DNA of 64,000 nucleotides from Sphagnum compactum (Eukaryota). Below are positions 11,719 to 25,540 of the stretch, piece after piece. Within the stretch, counting starts at the first letter, position 1; each line of letters starts with the position of its first letter. A model generated the notes under the pieces. The model saw only the letters and a program-made list of their open reading frames with translations, searched no databases and was not told the DNA's origin. The stretch lies in NCBI GenBank assembly GCA_965153455.1, contig OZ234493.1, forward strand, positions 23,922,213 through 23,986,212, read 5' to 3'. The position numbers and the translations under genes were made by a program.

Positions 11719-13494
11719 TTAATTCTTTGTGTTGCTAGGACTAAAGGAAACTAGGGAGGTCAAATACTTCTTCCAAGGGGCGTTGTCTTGGTGCTTTACC
11801 CAAGAAAGGTATGCACTATCAACCAAACAAAAGCAATTGACATAGAGAAGTTGGTGCCTTACTGGAACAAATCGAAAATTTGCAACCTGTTCAATACTAA
11901 CCCACATAATTAAAAGATATCATGGTTCATTAGGAAAACTTCTACAAATTTCCCAAAATTGAATTCCAATTGATACGAAAATGATTTTCATTGCAATGAA
12001 CTAAATCAACACAAGGGTGCACTCACTAATGCAACATACATATCATGCTTCATTTTAATTTCTTGCAAATTTAATTTCAATACTAAAATTTTTAAAAGCA
12101 CATAAAAATACAACTAAAAATTTGTAAACATGTTTTTCAAGTCTATATTTTGCAATAATTGTTGCTAATCTTGCAAGAAAAATCATGCAAAAGATGATAA
12201 TTAATTAATTTGGAAGACAACTTGATTCAATTAACTATGAGTCACAAAAGAACACTAACTTGTACAATCGCCCAACCAAGTCCTTCTGTCATATAACTTG
12301 GGAGGAAATCACGTTTGACATCATGCTTGACTTCATCCCATGGCTTGCCTGAAGCTAATCCCATATAGGTGAAGAAAGCTAGCAGGTGCACAGGTCCAAA
12401 AAGGAAGGTGTCTGCCATCACTTTTGTGGTGATAAATCGAAATGAATTTGGCTTCAATTTTAATCTATTAATGCATACACTTTCAAGTGCCTCATACCTT
12501 GCAATCATAAAATTATTGTCAAATATTGCGGTGGTCCAAAAGTTGAAACAATTATCTCAACTTTTCAAATTCACCACCTCTTTGAAACATTCAACAAGAA
12601 AGTTGGGCATGATTTGGAATTTTGGTCAACCCCGCACATTGATTCATTTGGATGCATGTTGTGCACTAATACATAACATCTTAGACTTATGAAATTATTT
12701 TGGTGTAAACAATAAAAATGTATACCAAAAGTGTCCAACAGGTCCCACAAATCCAATGCCAAAAGAACTTGCAGTTGCAACTCTCCTCCAATCAGTCTTG
12801 TGATCAAGAGTTCCCTCCAAACATTTATTGTCATCAACCTATTAAATCAAATCATCACCGAGTTGAAGAACTTTTTTTTTTTGAACATTGATCATGCAAT
12901 TGAAGCAAAATTAATTTTACCAATTCCACAAGACTACCAAGTTTGGTTAATCACACAATTTTTTAACCTTATTCACTTTTGAGGTCCACAATCTTAATGG
13001 CATGTAACTTTAGGCATCACATTATTTCAAGGATCCAATATTGAATGTGCCAAAAATCTAGAACAATAATGCAAGCTACAACCAAGAGAAAACCCTAATT
13101 TTTCCAATTTTTCCAACAAACTAATTTTAAAAGATGGAACTAGACCTAAATGCCTCCCTTTGAAGAAGTTCACACTTTTTATTTGATGAAATTTGATAAG
13201 TTTGGTGTATAGAATGCTTGATGAATTCAACATAATGGGTGTGGCATCAAAAAGGAATTAAAGAAAATGAAACAAATGAAAGGGAAGGAAGGAGGCCATA
13301 ATTGTTTGTACACTTTCAATAGTTGTGGTGGAATTCTCCTTCATAGCAAAACGTTGTTCTATGCTTTGACTGATGGATTGTGCAATGGCATCTCCAATAG
13401 CCCACAAGATACCAGAGGTTACCATTTGTGTGGGTATAGGTTGTTGTTGCAAGCGAAACCGATACCACACCCATGCACCTTTCATTCCCATCAT
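11719..13494 (-). CDS. Mpv17/PMP22 family (SYM1/MPV17-like) membrane protein; exons 13494-13312, 12838-12726, 12497-12260, 11886-11719; 233 aa
   Basis: Family motifs P..TQMVTSGILWAIGDAIAQ, DWRRVATASSFGIGFVGPVGHFWYEAL, KVMADTFLFGPVHL and WAIVQVANFRFVPVRHQLLYVN. All three introns are GT-AG with consistent phases (0, 2, 0); total 702 nt with no internal stop. Confidence 0.93.
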
Positions 13495-13789
13495 TGCCCC
13501 TCTTGCCACTATTGCCACTTTTTCTCTCTCTTGCCCAAAGAGACACCTACACATTCATGTTGTCAACTTCCTAATACCTATTACATGGAAACAATTCACA
13601 TCCAAGAATGTCATTAGTGGGATTTGATGCAATGTTAAATTTTTTTGATTTTTTCTTTAAAGTTTTATGTAGTTGGGGATAATGTGTAGTATGAATATTT
13701 GTCAAATTTGGGCTATGCATTGTTGAGCCTTATTTGTGACAATTGATTGATCAATTGATGAAATGTATTGTATTCAATGTGGAAATTAA

Positions 13790-14110
13790 GTTCCATTTTG
13801 AATGAAAATATTTGAATGACATTACATGCAAGTTGAATCAAATTGATTTGAAATTAATTGAATTCATATTGAGTTCAATTCAATTTCTACATTGAATTCA
13901 ACAATTGGGTTAGAAGTGAATTGAATTGAAGAGAATTGAGATGCAAAAGGTTTGAAAATATGTTGTGAATATGGTGTTGGAAAAAAAACTTTAAGAAAAA
14001 ACATAGATTTGAAAAGACATAGATTACGTTTTTAAACTTGGGAATGGGTTAAACATATAGTCCAATTTTATTAATTGTCGAGGAGGTGTTGTCTAGCACC
14101 TTAAGTGAAC
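13790..14110 (+). repeat. Dispersed AATTGAATTC-rich repeat, copy 1
   Basis: ATGACATTACATGCAAGTTGAAT...CAACAATTGG...GAGATGCAAA...GTGAATATGGTGTTGGAAA aligns with 15860-16180. Confidence 0.75.
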
Positions 14111-15849
14111 TAACACTTACATTACAAGCACCATGGTAAAACTCACAAATCCTTTTAAATTTCTTATGATCATTATAAATTTGTCCCATACATCCATAGG
14201 CACAAAAGCTCATGAATGGAGGTAATGTTCATAGAAAGGGAAAAACACATCCTACACCATATTTGAAAATAAAATAGTAATAAATCAATGTGAATTTTTT
14301 TGGGAAAATCCTTTCAAAACATTATTCTTTGCTTCCAAGAGAAGCCCATTCTTTGCACCAACATGATTTGCTATGTAGTATAAATCCAAAAATATAATTT
14401 CATGTTGTCATTTGTTCTTTAGTGTGAATTGGGAATAAGAATCCGCAATTTCCAAACACACATTCATTAAAATTAATTACAACCTTTGTATGCATGCCAA
14501 TTCATATTAGTTTTGTACAAAAGATGATATCAATCAAGTTGGGATTCAAAGAAAACATGGAATAATGGCATGGAACAAGTTTTTACAAACTAAAAATCAA
14601 TTGTAAATACATAATTCTACAACATACTTGTTGTATGCAATTTTTTTTCTCTATCAAGATTAAGATGATAGGCTGGAAGTGAAACTGCTCACAACCATTA
14701 TTAAGGTCTCACCTTGATTATATGAGTGGCTACTTTCCCCACATTCATACCCATTCCAACTTTCCTCATTATGCACACAATGTTTTTCAAATATTATATT
14801 ACATGACTATGAACACATTGCAATAACAGCTATAAAATAGAACATCATCAGAGTATTCTTCATCTTTATGATCCAAAATAAATGAAAAGGATGTAACCTA
14901 TGTTGGGAGAAAATTGTGAAGCACCAAATTGTAATAATTTTCAAGTTTGAGTAATTGGTAAGTGTCTTACGAGTGGAGTTCAAGTTGTCATGCAATTTTC
15001 CCAACATTATTGCACCACTAGTACTAAAGTTATGTTTGATCACAATTTCTTCCTCTTCATGTCCAATTTCAACTTTTCCAACTTCTTGGACACCATTCCT
15101 TTTCATTTATTTGCTCATGTTCATGAGGTAGCATCTATGAATCACACACATTCATAATTGTATAGATATATATGTTGCAAAAATGGAAACATTGAAGACC
15201 TTTTTTTTTTAATGAAGGATTTTCATATAGTTTCAATTATTTGGAACATTGTTAATGCACACATGTAAAACAAGCTAGATAATTGATGGTCTATAATGTT
15301 GCAATGATGTCATTTTCATAAATTTCATTTCATAACTTGTGTTCGATCTTTTACCTTTAGGTATATATATATTCAAGTTGTAAACACTATATTGTCACAA
15401 AAAAATCATTGGAGGTTGCAAATCACACGTTATTAATTGTATATTAATATTTAAAGTCTTCCAATTCAAATAAGAAATGTTAATAACTTACAAAATAAAT
15501 TGAAAATTATGGATGGAATTTTCTTATGAAATTTCACATTAAGAAATCTCGCACCATTTTATCATAGTTTTCAACTATTTTTTGTGCCCAATAGGATTCC
15601 ACCTTTGTTAAACTCCACCACTACCAAAAACTTCATTATTTGGTTGTCATTGTTTTTGCCTACATATCCTTACCCATGTTGGTTGTTTTGCTCTTCCTCT
15701 TGCCTTAATTATTGACATATTATTTATGAAAATGAAATAGTGAAATTTAAGTGGAAAGAAAAGAACTAGAATAAAGTTTTCATTACACCTTAATATTTGT
15801 TTATCCATGTTAAATGATTTAAAAATGAATTGATTTTGTGGAAATTAAG

Positions 15850-16190
15850 TCATTTAAATGACAATATGACATTGCATGCAAGTTGAATTTAATTGAATTC
15901 ATATATGTTGAATGGAATTTGAATTCAATTGAATTGTATTTGAATTCAACTAAATTCAAGTCCAATTCAACAATTGGATAAAATTCAATTGAAGAGGAAT
16001 GAGATGCAAATTGGTGGAGAAGATATTGAAAATGTATTTGTGAATATAGGGTTGGGAAAGACACCTTTTCATGCCTCTTTACTTGGTAAAGGGTTGAACA
16101 TATTCCAATTTGGAATTGTCCAAGTGATGGTGACAACCTACAATTTTATGGAACCTAAAGTTGTTCTACCTTCACTAGCTTGATTCATCA
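15850..16190 (+). repeat. Dispersed AATTGAATTC-rich repeat, copy 2
   Basis: ATGACATTGCATGCAAGTTGAAT...CAACAATTGG...GAGATGCAAA...GTGAATATAGGGTTGGGAA in the same orientation as copy 1, about 2.05 kb downstream. Confidence 0.75.
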
Positions 16191-19100
16191 TCACTATGAT
16201 TTAAAAAAAACACTTTCGTTGGAAAAAAAATGTCTGCATTTGTTATGTGCTTGTTTATAGCAAATCACAACTTTTATAAACAACATGGTTCAGTTACCCA
16301 TTTCTTGAAATTGTAACAATCCACAACACCAATGAGAAACTATTTCTCACCAATTATTTATAAACAATTGTCGAAAGGAAAGAATATAATTTTTAGTTCT
16401 CTTCTTCACAATTCCTCCACATTGTATATATAATAATAAAAAACCCTAGTATCGTACTTGGAACATCACCCAAATTTGATGCAATGAGAAGGAAAAATGT
16501 TATTGTGGGAAACTTGCAATTTGTAAGTAATAATCCATTACAAAACACCACCTTGAAGCAACACCTTAAAATTAACATCATGGAAAAATGGAGGATGAAC
16601 TTCCCATATTCCTAAGTAATTTCTAGTTTTCCTCAAAGAATAGCTTGACATTGATATGCAATGCAATTGTACTCCTAGGAGTAATTTGCTCATACATTGA
16701 TATATAATCTTCAACAATCACTTGGGAATTTTTCCTACATGAAACAAACCTGGCCATCTTCCTTCAAAACAAAAAAATCCAACTTCTTCCACATGATGCC
16801 CTTTTTAGCCAATACTAAAATCCACCAAAATTTAAAAACCTGCAAAATTATGATTGACTCTGAGAATGTGACAATTTTGACTCAAGTGAAGAATCTCCAA
16901 ACTTGAATGGTCTCCCTCCTCCTCCTCTACTACTATCACCACTAAATATTATTTTCCTTACAAATCTATAAGTACCCACTAGTTCTAAGAGTTGTGAATA
17001 ATCATAGCATTGTTTAAAACAATCATTTGAATGTCATCATCATCAACCATTTATGTACAAAAAAGGGTTGAGCAATGGAGGAAGAATTGAATTGTGCACC
17101 CTTCGAAGGTCAAATCCAAAATGGAAGGGGGGAGGGGAAGAAACCCCAAAAGAAAAACCAAAAGCAAAAAAAAAACAAAAAGGTGGGATGATTTACACTC
17201 ATGACAACAATTAATGGAGGAGCCACCAAAGGTTGATGTTGCAAAACAAAGACAAAAAGACAAGAAAAAAAATGATGGGGATCATGCATTCATAGAGAAA
17301 ATAATTTTAGTTTACCTTAAACCGCTCAAATTCTTGAAAATTCATGTTGAACTCACTAAAGTGGCCATTCTTTTCCTATTTCTTTCAAATGTCGACTCCA
17401 CAATTTGGTCCAAAATTAATTCTCAAGAAGTGAAGATCCATAAACAACAACATGGTTTTAATTATGATGCATCTTTGAGTTTGAATCTCTAGTCAAGTTG
17501 GCCCAAAAATAAGAAATAACACAAAAACTTAAACTAGACAACAATGGTAATTTCTTATTAATCCATTTTATTGTGTTTTTTTTCTAAAGAAAAAGGTTTA
17601 AGGGTTGTCCAAAAATATTGTCATGTCATAAGGCCACTAAAAGTTCTCATGTTAATTCACTTTCACTCAAGACTAAAAAATGCTCTAAGTTCAAAAGGTA
17701 ATTTTTTAGTTGACTCCAACAAAAATATTTTTCACTTCATAATTCCGGGTTACATTTTTTTTTTTTTGAGATGATTCTTAATTCTAATTTTCCAATTATC
17801 ATAACTTGCAAACCCAACAAGTTTGCTAGCATTTAGAAACACAATATTACCAAACATGATGTCTTATAGACACTAGAAGATACACATGGTAGTGCTATGT
17901 TCACATGTAGAAATCAAAACTAAGTTTGATTTACTTATGTTTGGAGTTAAGCTCACAAACCTTGGTTGTTGTAAATAGACATTGTGGAGTTGTGCTGACA
18001 CATAACATAAGATCAAAATCCTATATGTTTTGATACCACATAGATAAAGTAGAGTACTAAACTCAATTATATTTAATCAACATCAAAATACAAAACATGA
18101 AAAATAAAATGGTTGAAGGAACAAAGCTAAAGACCAAAAATAAATGGTAGTTGGTCAAGAACCAAAAAAATTAGAAAGGATCAGAAGATATGAAATAATC
18201 TAGAGAATCTCATGTAAGTAGCGATAATCACCAATTATCCACAAAAGATAATTAAAAAATGGTTATTAATTAGGAAGCAAATTTATTAATATATCTAAAG
18301 TAATAGTGTGGTTATATTAATAGGTTTGAAGCTTATCGATTTCCTCTTCGATCAAATCATCTTTTATGGTGGGTTTTGGAGCTTGTAACTATAGTAGATT
18401 GATGATCATGCATTGAAATCCAACCTACAAAGTGTAACTTGTAAAGCCCGAAGAGGGGGCGGGCTTTATAGAAATATGGACCTCACGAGGTTCATTTTTA
18501 TTAAAAAAACATGAATTCTGTCAAATGCTTGTCAAATATCACAAATGAAAAATGATGATGAACTTTTTGAAAACATAATGCCTACAAAAGTGAACAATTA
18601 CATATTTGAAAAACACATCAATGTATTACACTTGGTAAAGCTACATGCAACAACACTTAAAATTGGCGTAAATTTTTACCAATGTTGGGTGGTTCCAATT
18701 CCTTGCCAACCAATGATCATATCAATCACAAGGTATATAACTAATGGATCCCATTTTTTGAAACTTGGGACTAACCTAACAAATAATATTTTCATGGTAC
18801 GCATTCTTAACACCAACCTAGAAAAGTTTTAAAAGTCAAAGAACATGAAAAATTTGGGAAAGATTAAAAGGTTGTTTCTTTCATGAAAATTGATACACTA
18901 CACCAAAAATATTATTTTACGATTAATGTTATATGACTAAAAGTGGATAATTAAAAAGGCATAAATGACAAGTCCATATAAACCACAAATGGCAGAATTG
19001 GATTTTGAAATCATGTGAATGAGATGTGACTTTCTTGTTTCCCAAAAATGTGTCATAGACTTTCTAGACTTCATAGGTTCACATAAATTTTGTGCAAAAT

Positions 19101-19949
19101 CCAATTTTCATAGGTTTATACAAAAATCATATCAATTCCATGTTATGGTTAATATGAATAATATTTGTACGTATTCAATATCTTAAATAGTCAAACAAAT
19201 GAGACATTTTTTGAATGACATACATGAATGTTCATGTTTAATACACAAAAATATATAATTTTATGCAAAATTACACCACAATAATTGTAAGGATTAGTTA
19301 AAATGTAGATTATATGTATTTCACATCAAAACATCATAAGTAGAAAAGACACATCATTTATATAAAATAATATATTTATTTTTCATGCCATTTTTACATT
19401 ACAATAAAAGGTGTCCCTATACGTCGAGTGATTTCATTGGATTATGAATGAATTTAGTGGTTATAGTGAATGGGACCTAGTGGGGAAGTAGTGAATTCAC
19501 TGGTCTAGTGAATGGGGAATAGTGAATTGCACCCACATTTTGTAGTAGTGTTACAGTTTGAAGCTCAAAATTTTACACAAACATATAGTTTTATAATTTT
19601 CGCACAAATTTTGTTGAAATTTTGTGATATTGAAAGTTTGTGATGTGCCTCACAAAAATGTTTCAAGAGGACTTACATAGGAGCTTACATAATTTGATAA
19701 TGCATTGGCATAGATTTGGAAACACATGTTTCAACAAGACTTTTTTCAACTATCACAAGGGGGGACATAAAAATGTGTTAATAAAAAAGCAAATGGTGGA
19801 TGGTCAAACTATTATTTCCTAATCATAACTAGCCAATCACATTTATGGATTCTATACATTTTTTGTATTTTGCTAAATTAGAGGACACCTCCATTTGCAC
19901 AACCCAATATAAGTGTAAATTTGATTCCATCATGGTTCAGGTTGCATCT

Positions 19950-21500
19950 TGAATGAACAAGGCCTTGACTAAATAAATCTTGTTTGTAGAGGTTCATGTT
20001 ACTATTTTGTTTCTTTCCAAGGGGAAGGCATTAAAACAACACTAATTTTGCCATTAAGTTTTTCCCAGGCGCTATTGATGCCATAGTTGCAAAGCTACTT
20101 GAGGCATTACATGCCATTTTGGAAGAAAGTTGCTTTTCAATTTTTTTGAATAAAAGTCCGACCATTAGCAAGTTGTCCTTTGGTAGTTTCATCCTTGTGG
20201 CAAACCAAATATTTTTTTATTGATTTGGTACATTGTCATGTGTTGGACCCAATCCCCCATATGTGTGACCATACGCGAAGTCTTGTTCACAACTTCATCA
20301 AGGGCAAAAGGTGGACGAGACTCGAGTTAAGGTGCATTTGAACACACTTATTCTCCTAGTTGTGCAAGGTGAATTGGGGATCATTGACCCCAAGATTCAA
20401 GTTAAATCCTACTTGTTCAACTTGTTGTGTTAGTTTTCACATTACGGGAGGAACCTTGGACAAGCCGTTTTGCAAAGAAAAGTTCAATAGATTTAGCCTT
20501 CGAACAAAAGCTATTTTAGTTTACCGATAGACATAAATTGGTTGTTCATGACAATCAAGTTTCAAAGAACACCATATGCATTTTGAAATTTAATGTTAAG
20601 AGCTTGACAAACTGTTTGTCTTGACCTTTCCAAATTGGAGTTGAGTTATTGAAAGGAAATATTTTGATAACTTCTTTTTGGTAATCCATCCATTAATTCT
20701 TTACATGATCCTATTTTTGTAGCTTTCAAAGGTGTTAAGATAGGAAGAGCTTTAGCCTTGGTTGAATATTCCCACATTTGACATTTTATGGATAAGAAAC
20801 AATTCAATTAGAAGGAATTTTGAGCCTTGGGAGTGAGGAACATGACCATTGCCACTTTTGCAAGGCACTTGTTTTATGCCAATATACATTGGGAGCTTGC
20901 TTTAACTCTATGTCTAGGCATTAGGTGAGCTTGGTCAAGCATTTTTTTCGCCACCTGATATTGGATTGGGTGTATTGGGTTTCGTAAGTCTAAGGTATTT
21001 CAATATTCACTAGAGAGTTTCAAAATGAACCCAATTCAAATGGAACTTTCTATTCAAAAAATGTCTCAATCTTTGCAAGTTGACGTATTTCAACTCAACT
21101 ACTTGATTCAACCCAATCCCATTAAATTTCTTCCGCCTTCTTTGACAAACATTTTGCATGTATTCTCACAAACCCCCACAATTTTTTTACATATGATATG
21201 TTCCTTCTACTTTTGCATTGGATTTTCTTTTGACTTCTTTTCCTTTCTTTGGGATTCTTTGAATGACTTTGATGTTGGCTCACACTCCTGTTCTTGGGTT
21301 TGTGTATGGCTTGTTCCTTTGTTTTTTTTCTTTTGGTAAAGGTGCTATTGCTCCTTCCTTGTGTAATTATTGTGATGATTTCTTTACATATTCAAGCTTG
21401 GGGCTCTTTTTCAAGGAGTAAGCACAATATCCCTCCCTCTTTGATTTGAGGAAGCATAATCACTCATAGTAGGTGCCCTCCAAATGCACCACAAATGTTT
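19950..21500 (-). mobile_element. Heavily decayed coding relic, possibly a SWIM-finger/Mutator-type transposon
   Basis: Protein-like fragments interrupted by stops (NKCLAKVAM, LCKTACPRFLP, RPPFALDEVV) in CpG-poor DNA. The family assignment is tentative. Confidence 0.3.
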
Positions 21501-21629
21501 TTTTTGAATCCTCCTACAACAAAGTGAGTGAAGATGTATAAGTAACCTGAACCTCACTAGCTTCTAAGTAAGTGATGACTGACCAACACTGGCAACAAGT
21601 AACAACACAAAATTTTTAAGTGTAGGGTA

Positions 21630-21860
21630 AAGCCCAAGGCTTTAAGGGAAGAAGGTCCCAAGGCTGAAAGGGAAGAAGGGCCCAGGCAAGGCAGCAGAGC
21701 CAAACTTTAAGATTTGTATAATTCTTTTGTGACTTGGCTATTTCCACCATCAAAATGCCAGTGTGGTCTGCAGCAACAGTTTCATCCAAAACAGAATCTT
21801 TTTCTGAACCATGGATGAAATATTTGTTGAAACCCTAACCCTTAGATTGCGGAAGAGCGG

Positions 21861-21894
<34 letters not shown>

Positions 21895-21940
21895 AAAGCG
21901 CGCGCGCGAGAGGTCGGTAGGGGAGGGAAGGGGGGGGGGG
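21630..21940 (+). promoter_or_regulatory. Housekeeping-type promoter/5' region of the cornichon gene
   Basis: A 24 bp tandem duplication (CCCAAGGCT..AAGGGAAGAAGG) with site-II-like GGGCCCA/AGCCCA, a telo-box AAACCCTAA near 21830, (GA)n at 21864-21890 and a CpG-rich island just upstream of the ATG at 22113. Confidence 0.55.
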
Positions 21941-22112
21941 GGGAGATTGCGGGTAGAGCGCGGGTGAGATATTGCGGAATCTTGGGAGGAGACTTGTGCA
22001 ATCGCGAAGTTGTGTCAACTCTTGTCGTACTCGGGGAATTGGAGAATTATGGAGAGTTGGAGTTGAATCTTGAGCATCGCTTGTTGGTGTTCCTTGGAGG
22101 CCTGTTTTTGTC

Positions 22113-23645
22113 ATGGCGGGAGATGTGGTCCTATGGCTCATCTGTTTCCTCGCAGTGGCGTTACTCCTTGGGATCTTGGTATACCAGGTATGCATGCCTT
22201 TGCTTCTGCTTGATTCCTTCTCAAATATCTGGATCATTCGTGTTTTGAGCTTGTTGCCGTGGCTTCTTGTTTCTGGCTCATTCTTTTCTTTCGATTTTTT
22301 CTTTGAAGCTGAAGTGGAATTTCCTTAGAGTTTTTTCCTGGATTCCTGTCGAGGTGATGCTTTTTTTCTTGGTGATTGTTCGGTCCTTTCAATCGATCAG
22401 CTTCAAAACTCAACAATTAATTAATTTGTCAAAATGAGTTTTTTGTTTAAATTTTTTTATTATTCAACAAACATGTGTGGAAGTTGCCAATGCTTTTGAC
22501 TAGCTTGCAGTGTTTTTCTTTCCTTGTCTGCAGCTCATGTGTTTATCGGATCTGGAATTTGACTACATCAATCCCTTTGACACCGCTAAACGCATCAACA
22601 AGGTTATCGAACTAGAGTTTATGATTCATGCAGGAATGACTGTGCTCTTGCTTCTGTGCGGAGTTTGGCTTATCTTCTTGATCAACGTGCCTCTCGTGTA
22701 CCTGCACGCTCGCCTGTAAGTTTCCGCAATAAATACTTGTAGCATGTTTTGCTTCTGATACCTGGATGATAGCTCCTAGACAAATTTGTTTCTGTCATGT
22801 ATCACTCTGGTACAAATGCCAGGAGAGGGATGGTTGACACCATAGGTTTAGGGTTTGCAATTCATGCTGCATTTTGGGGGTTATGACAGATATTTGAGGA
22901 AACAGCATTTGGTGGATGTCACAGAGATTTTCAATCATTTGGAGTATGAGAAGACTTATCGATTGCTGAAGCTTGGCTTCTATCTTGTCCTCTTTTTAGT
23001 TGTCATTTACAGGTGCTCAACTTCTCATAGCTCCCAGTCTTGCTTCAGAATAACCTTTGAGTCTAAGATACCTATTGTAAATCTTGGGGAATTTGGTTCA
23101 AACTTGTATAGTCTGCATGGTTTTGTCTATAAGTTTAGCCCATCCCAAATCCTATCACCTCATTCTCACTGACAGTTGTAGGTCATAGGGTCATATCCAT
23201 CATATGCCAGCCAATGTCTTGAGATATCATGATTGGATTTTTTTGCTTTGTTAAACTCAAACTCTAAACATCTGGTCACTTCTCTTTGTACTTCTCTGTT
23301 GAAAAGATTCTGGCCCTGTGCTTTTTGCTCATGGGTTTTTCTTCTCATCTCCTTCCCCTGTACATCCATTCTCTTCTCTGCTATTTAATTGGCAACCTGT
23401 CTGCCCCCCAGGTGTGCATGGGATCCTGGTTTGATATAGCCTTGACGCTCTTTTTCTTGACAGCAAGTGAGAGGTGTCCACCATCCTTCCTTGTATGTGC
23501 ACACTTCAACAATCAGCCATGTTTCGTAGAATCTAGTTTAGCCATTGTAGCTGACCGTTCTTCTGGAGTTGGCTCTGTTGTGTTGGCGAAGTATTCAGCT
23601 GACATGCGGTTTTTGCTTTACAGGATGCTCATGGTTGTCATCTGA
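22113..23645 (+). CDS. CNIH: Cornichon (CNIH/Erv14) ER cargo receptor; exons 22113-22187, 22534-22715, 22890-23012, probable last coding exon 23624-23645; ~133 aa
   Basis: MAGDVVLWLICF...LVYQ|LMCLSDLEFDYINPFDTAKRIN..V..EF...HARL|YLRKQHLVDVTEIFNHLEYEKTYRLLKLGFYL is a classic cornichon signature. Introns are GT-AG with phases 0, 2, 2. The terminal exon is uncertain. Confidence 0.92.
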
Positions 23646-24774
23646 AAAAGCCAACAGTGCTGTTTTCTGGGAAGGTGAGAATCTCTGCCAACTGGTTTTC
23701 AGTTATCAGTAGGGTGGACGTTGAAGTGAGGAGCTGGTCATATTCTGAAATGGCTGAGGATCATGAAACTGGCATCTAAACTACTTTCAGAGATTATCTT
23801 AAGTTCTTATCATTTAATTTGAGGCTGCCATAAGGTTTCAAAAGATCAGTGTTTCAGATCAAAGCTGTCAAGGCTCAAGGCTTACCAGGAGGTGTAGTTC
23901 TTTCCTTTGCTTTTCTAGCTTGGCTGATTGGTCATGGATGCTTTGTTCATAACAATCCTACAAAAGAGTTTTGGCCCACTGGCTTTGCTTGCTAGTAGAG
24001 TATACTTCACCAATGGGCATTTGATCCTCCTGGCAATCACCATTTTTAGGTGGTGTCTTCAGCAAAAGTGGGAATCCTGGTAATTTTTTTTGTGAGGTTG
24101 TCATCTGATATTCTTGTGGATCTTTGTGTAGAGCTGGGGGAGCCATGACGGTGAGGAAGACGAAGAGGTGGCACTTTGAATTGTAATCATATTGGATTAG
24201 ACAAAATCTTCATTTACAAGGTGCACATGTATGGATTTGTGTACAGTCTTTGTGGGTTGTTCTATTTGGCAATTTAATAAACAATGTGATTTATCTCTTG
24301 TCCAGTGATCCCAGGGTTGCTGTTGGAAATTTGGAACGGCAGCCTGGTTAAGTTACTTGCACCTTACATTAACTAAGATGCCAGAATGAGCTCCTGCTTT
24401 TTAACATGACTTAACTGGTCTGAGAGCATGTTAGAGTTCCATGACACATTGTTCCAGGACAATTGTGACTGCCCGTTATCTTGCAATATGTCACGAAGTT
24501 CAACACTGAAACTCCCTCCTAAATGCATCATTGAAAAAGTAATAGTGTTCGTGTGCAATACTGTTTGCTGAACTGCTTCAAAAATGCCCATGGCAAGTCA
24601 CTGGAACTTTACAATGGAAAGAGATAGTTTGTGTTTCTTTTAAGATTAAGATGCAGTGTCATGAACATGCATGAAATTTTTGAGCTTCAATCACGCTATC
24701 TCTCGATGGATGCCCTGTTTTGCTCTGAAACTCAACATTGTCAGTCTCTCTCTCGCACTGACTTGCATAAGGTC

Positions 24775-25012
24775 GTTTTTGGTTCATTCTCTGATGATAA
24801 GTCTTGTTCCTGCAGCGTGTCTTGCTGAAGAAATCCTGCAAGGGTCACTTGAGTCTTGTGATTCCTGCAAGTGTTGCAAATCTTCTTCTGGTTCAGTCTC
24901 AGATGACAATTGCTGATGGATCTGCAAGTGTGTCTGACTTGCCGAAGTTGTAGCCTTGGAAGTGGCACTTGAGTCTTGCAAGTCTTCTTCTGGTTCATTC
25001 TCTGATGACAAA
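24775..25012 (-). repeat. Degenerate triplication (~100-110 bp) encoding SSE(N/T)EP(EEDLQ) on the minus strand
   Basis: GGTTCA(T/G)TCTC(T/A)GATGA occurs at 24781, 24891 and 24992. Confidence 0.7.
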
Positions 25013-25540
25013 ATCCTGTTGGAGCTTCAAGTGTATGTCTTGCAAGACTCACTTTAATTTGGCAAATTCTTGCAAATCCTGCAACTGTTCTTAGTTGGCA
25101 AGATATGGAAGTCTTGGAAAGGGAAGCTGCTAGTCTCGACCCAGGGAAAAGTTTGTTGTGAAAGTAGTGTAAAAGCAAACAGCTGCAAACGACAAACAAA
25201 CAAAGGAAGTCAAAGCTCAAAACCCTTGTCCACTAAGTTTTGTTAAAGCGAGCTATGGAGCAAAATCCTTTTGTCTAAGAGCATACACCGTCTGCAAAGA
25301 ACCCTGTTGCTTGAACCAAACACCAGCTGTAGGTGCAAGCGGAGTGCATACGCCATCCATCTACGAAGAAGCAGAAGAAGCAGCAAGTGTGAGGAGAGTG
25401 TCTGTGCAGCGAGGATGATCTCATTGTGCAGTAGTAGTAGTAGAGTGGCGATGGTGATGGTACCGGTGAGGTACGTTGACGACCAACCGCATGCCTCATC
25501 ATTCTCCCCTCCTTGTATCTCAAGCAACGGCAAAGGTGCC

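Noticed and set aside
14120..17500. Possible hAT transposase relics
   Set aside because: Only vague motif resemblance (e.g. KMARFVS); too decayed to assign without a search.
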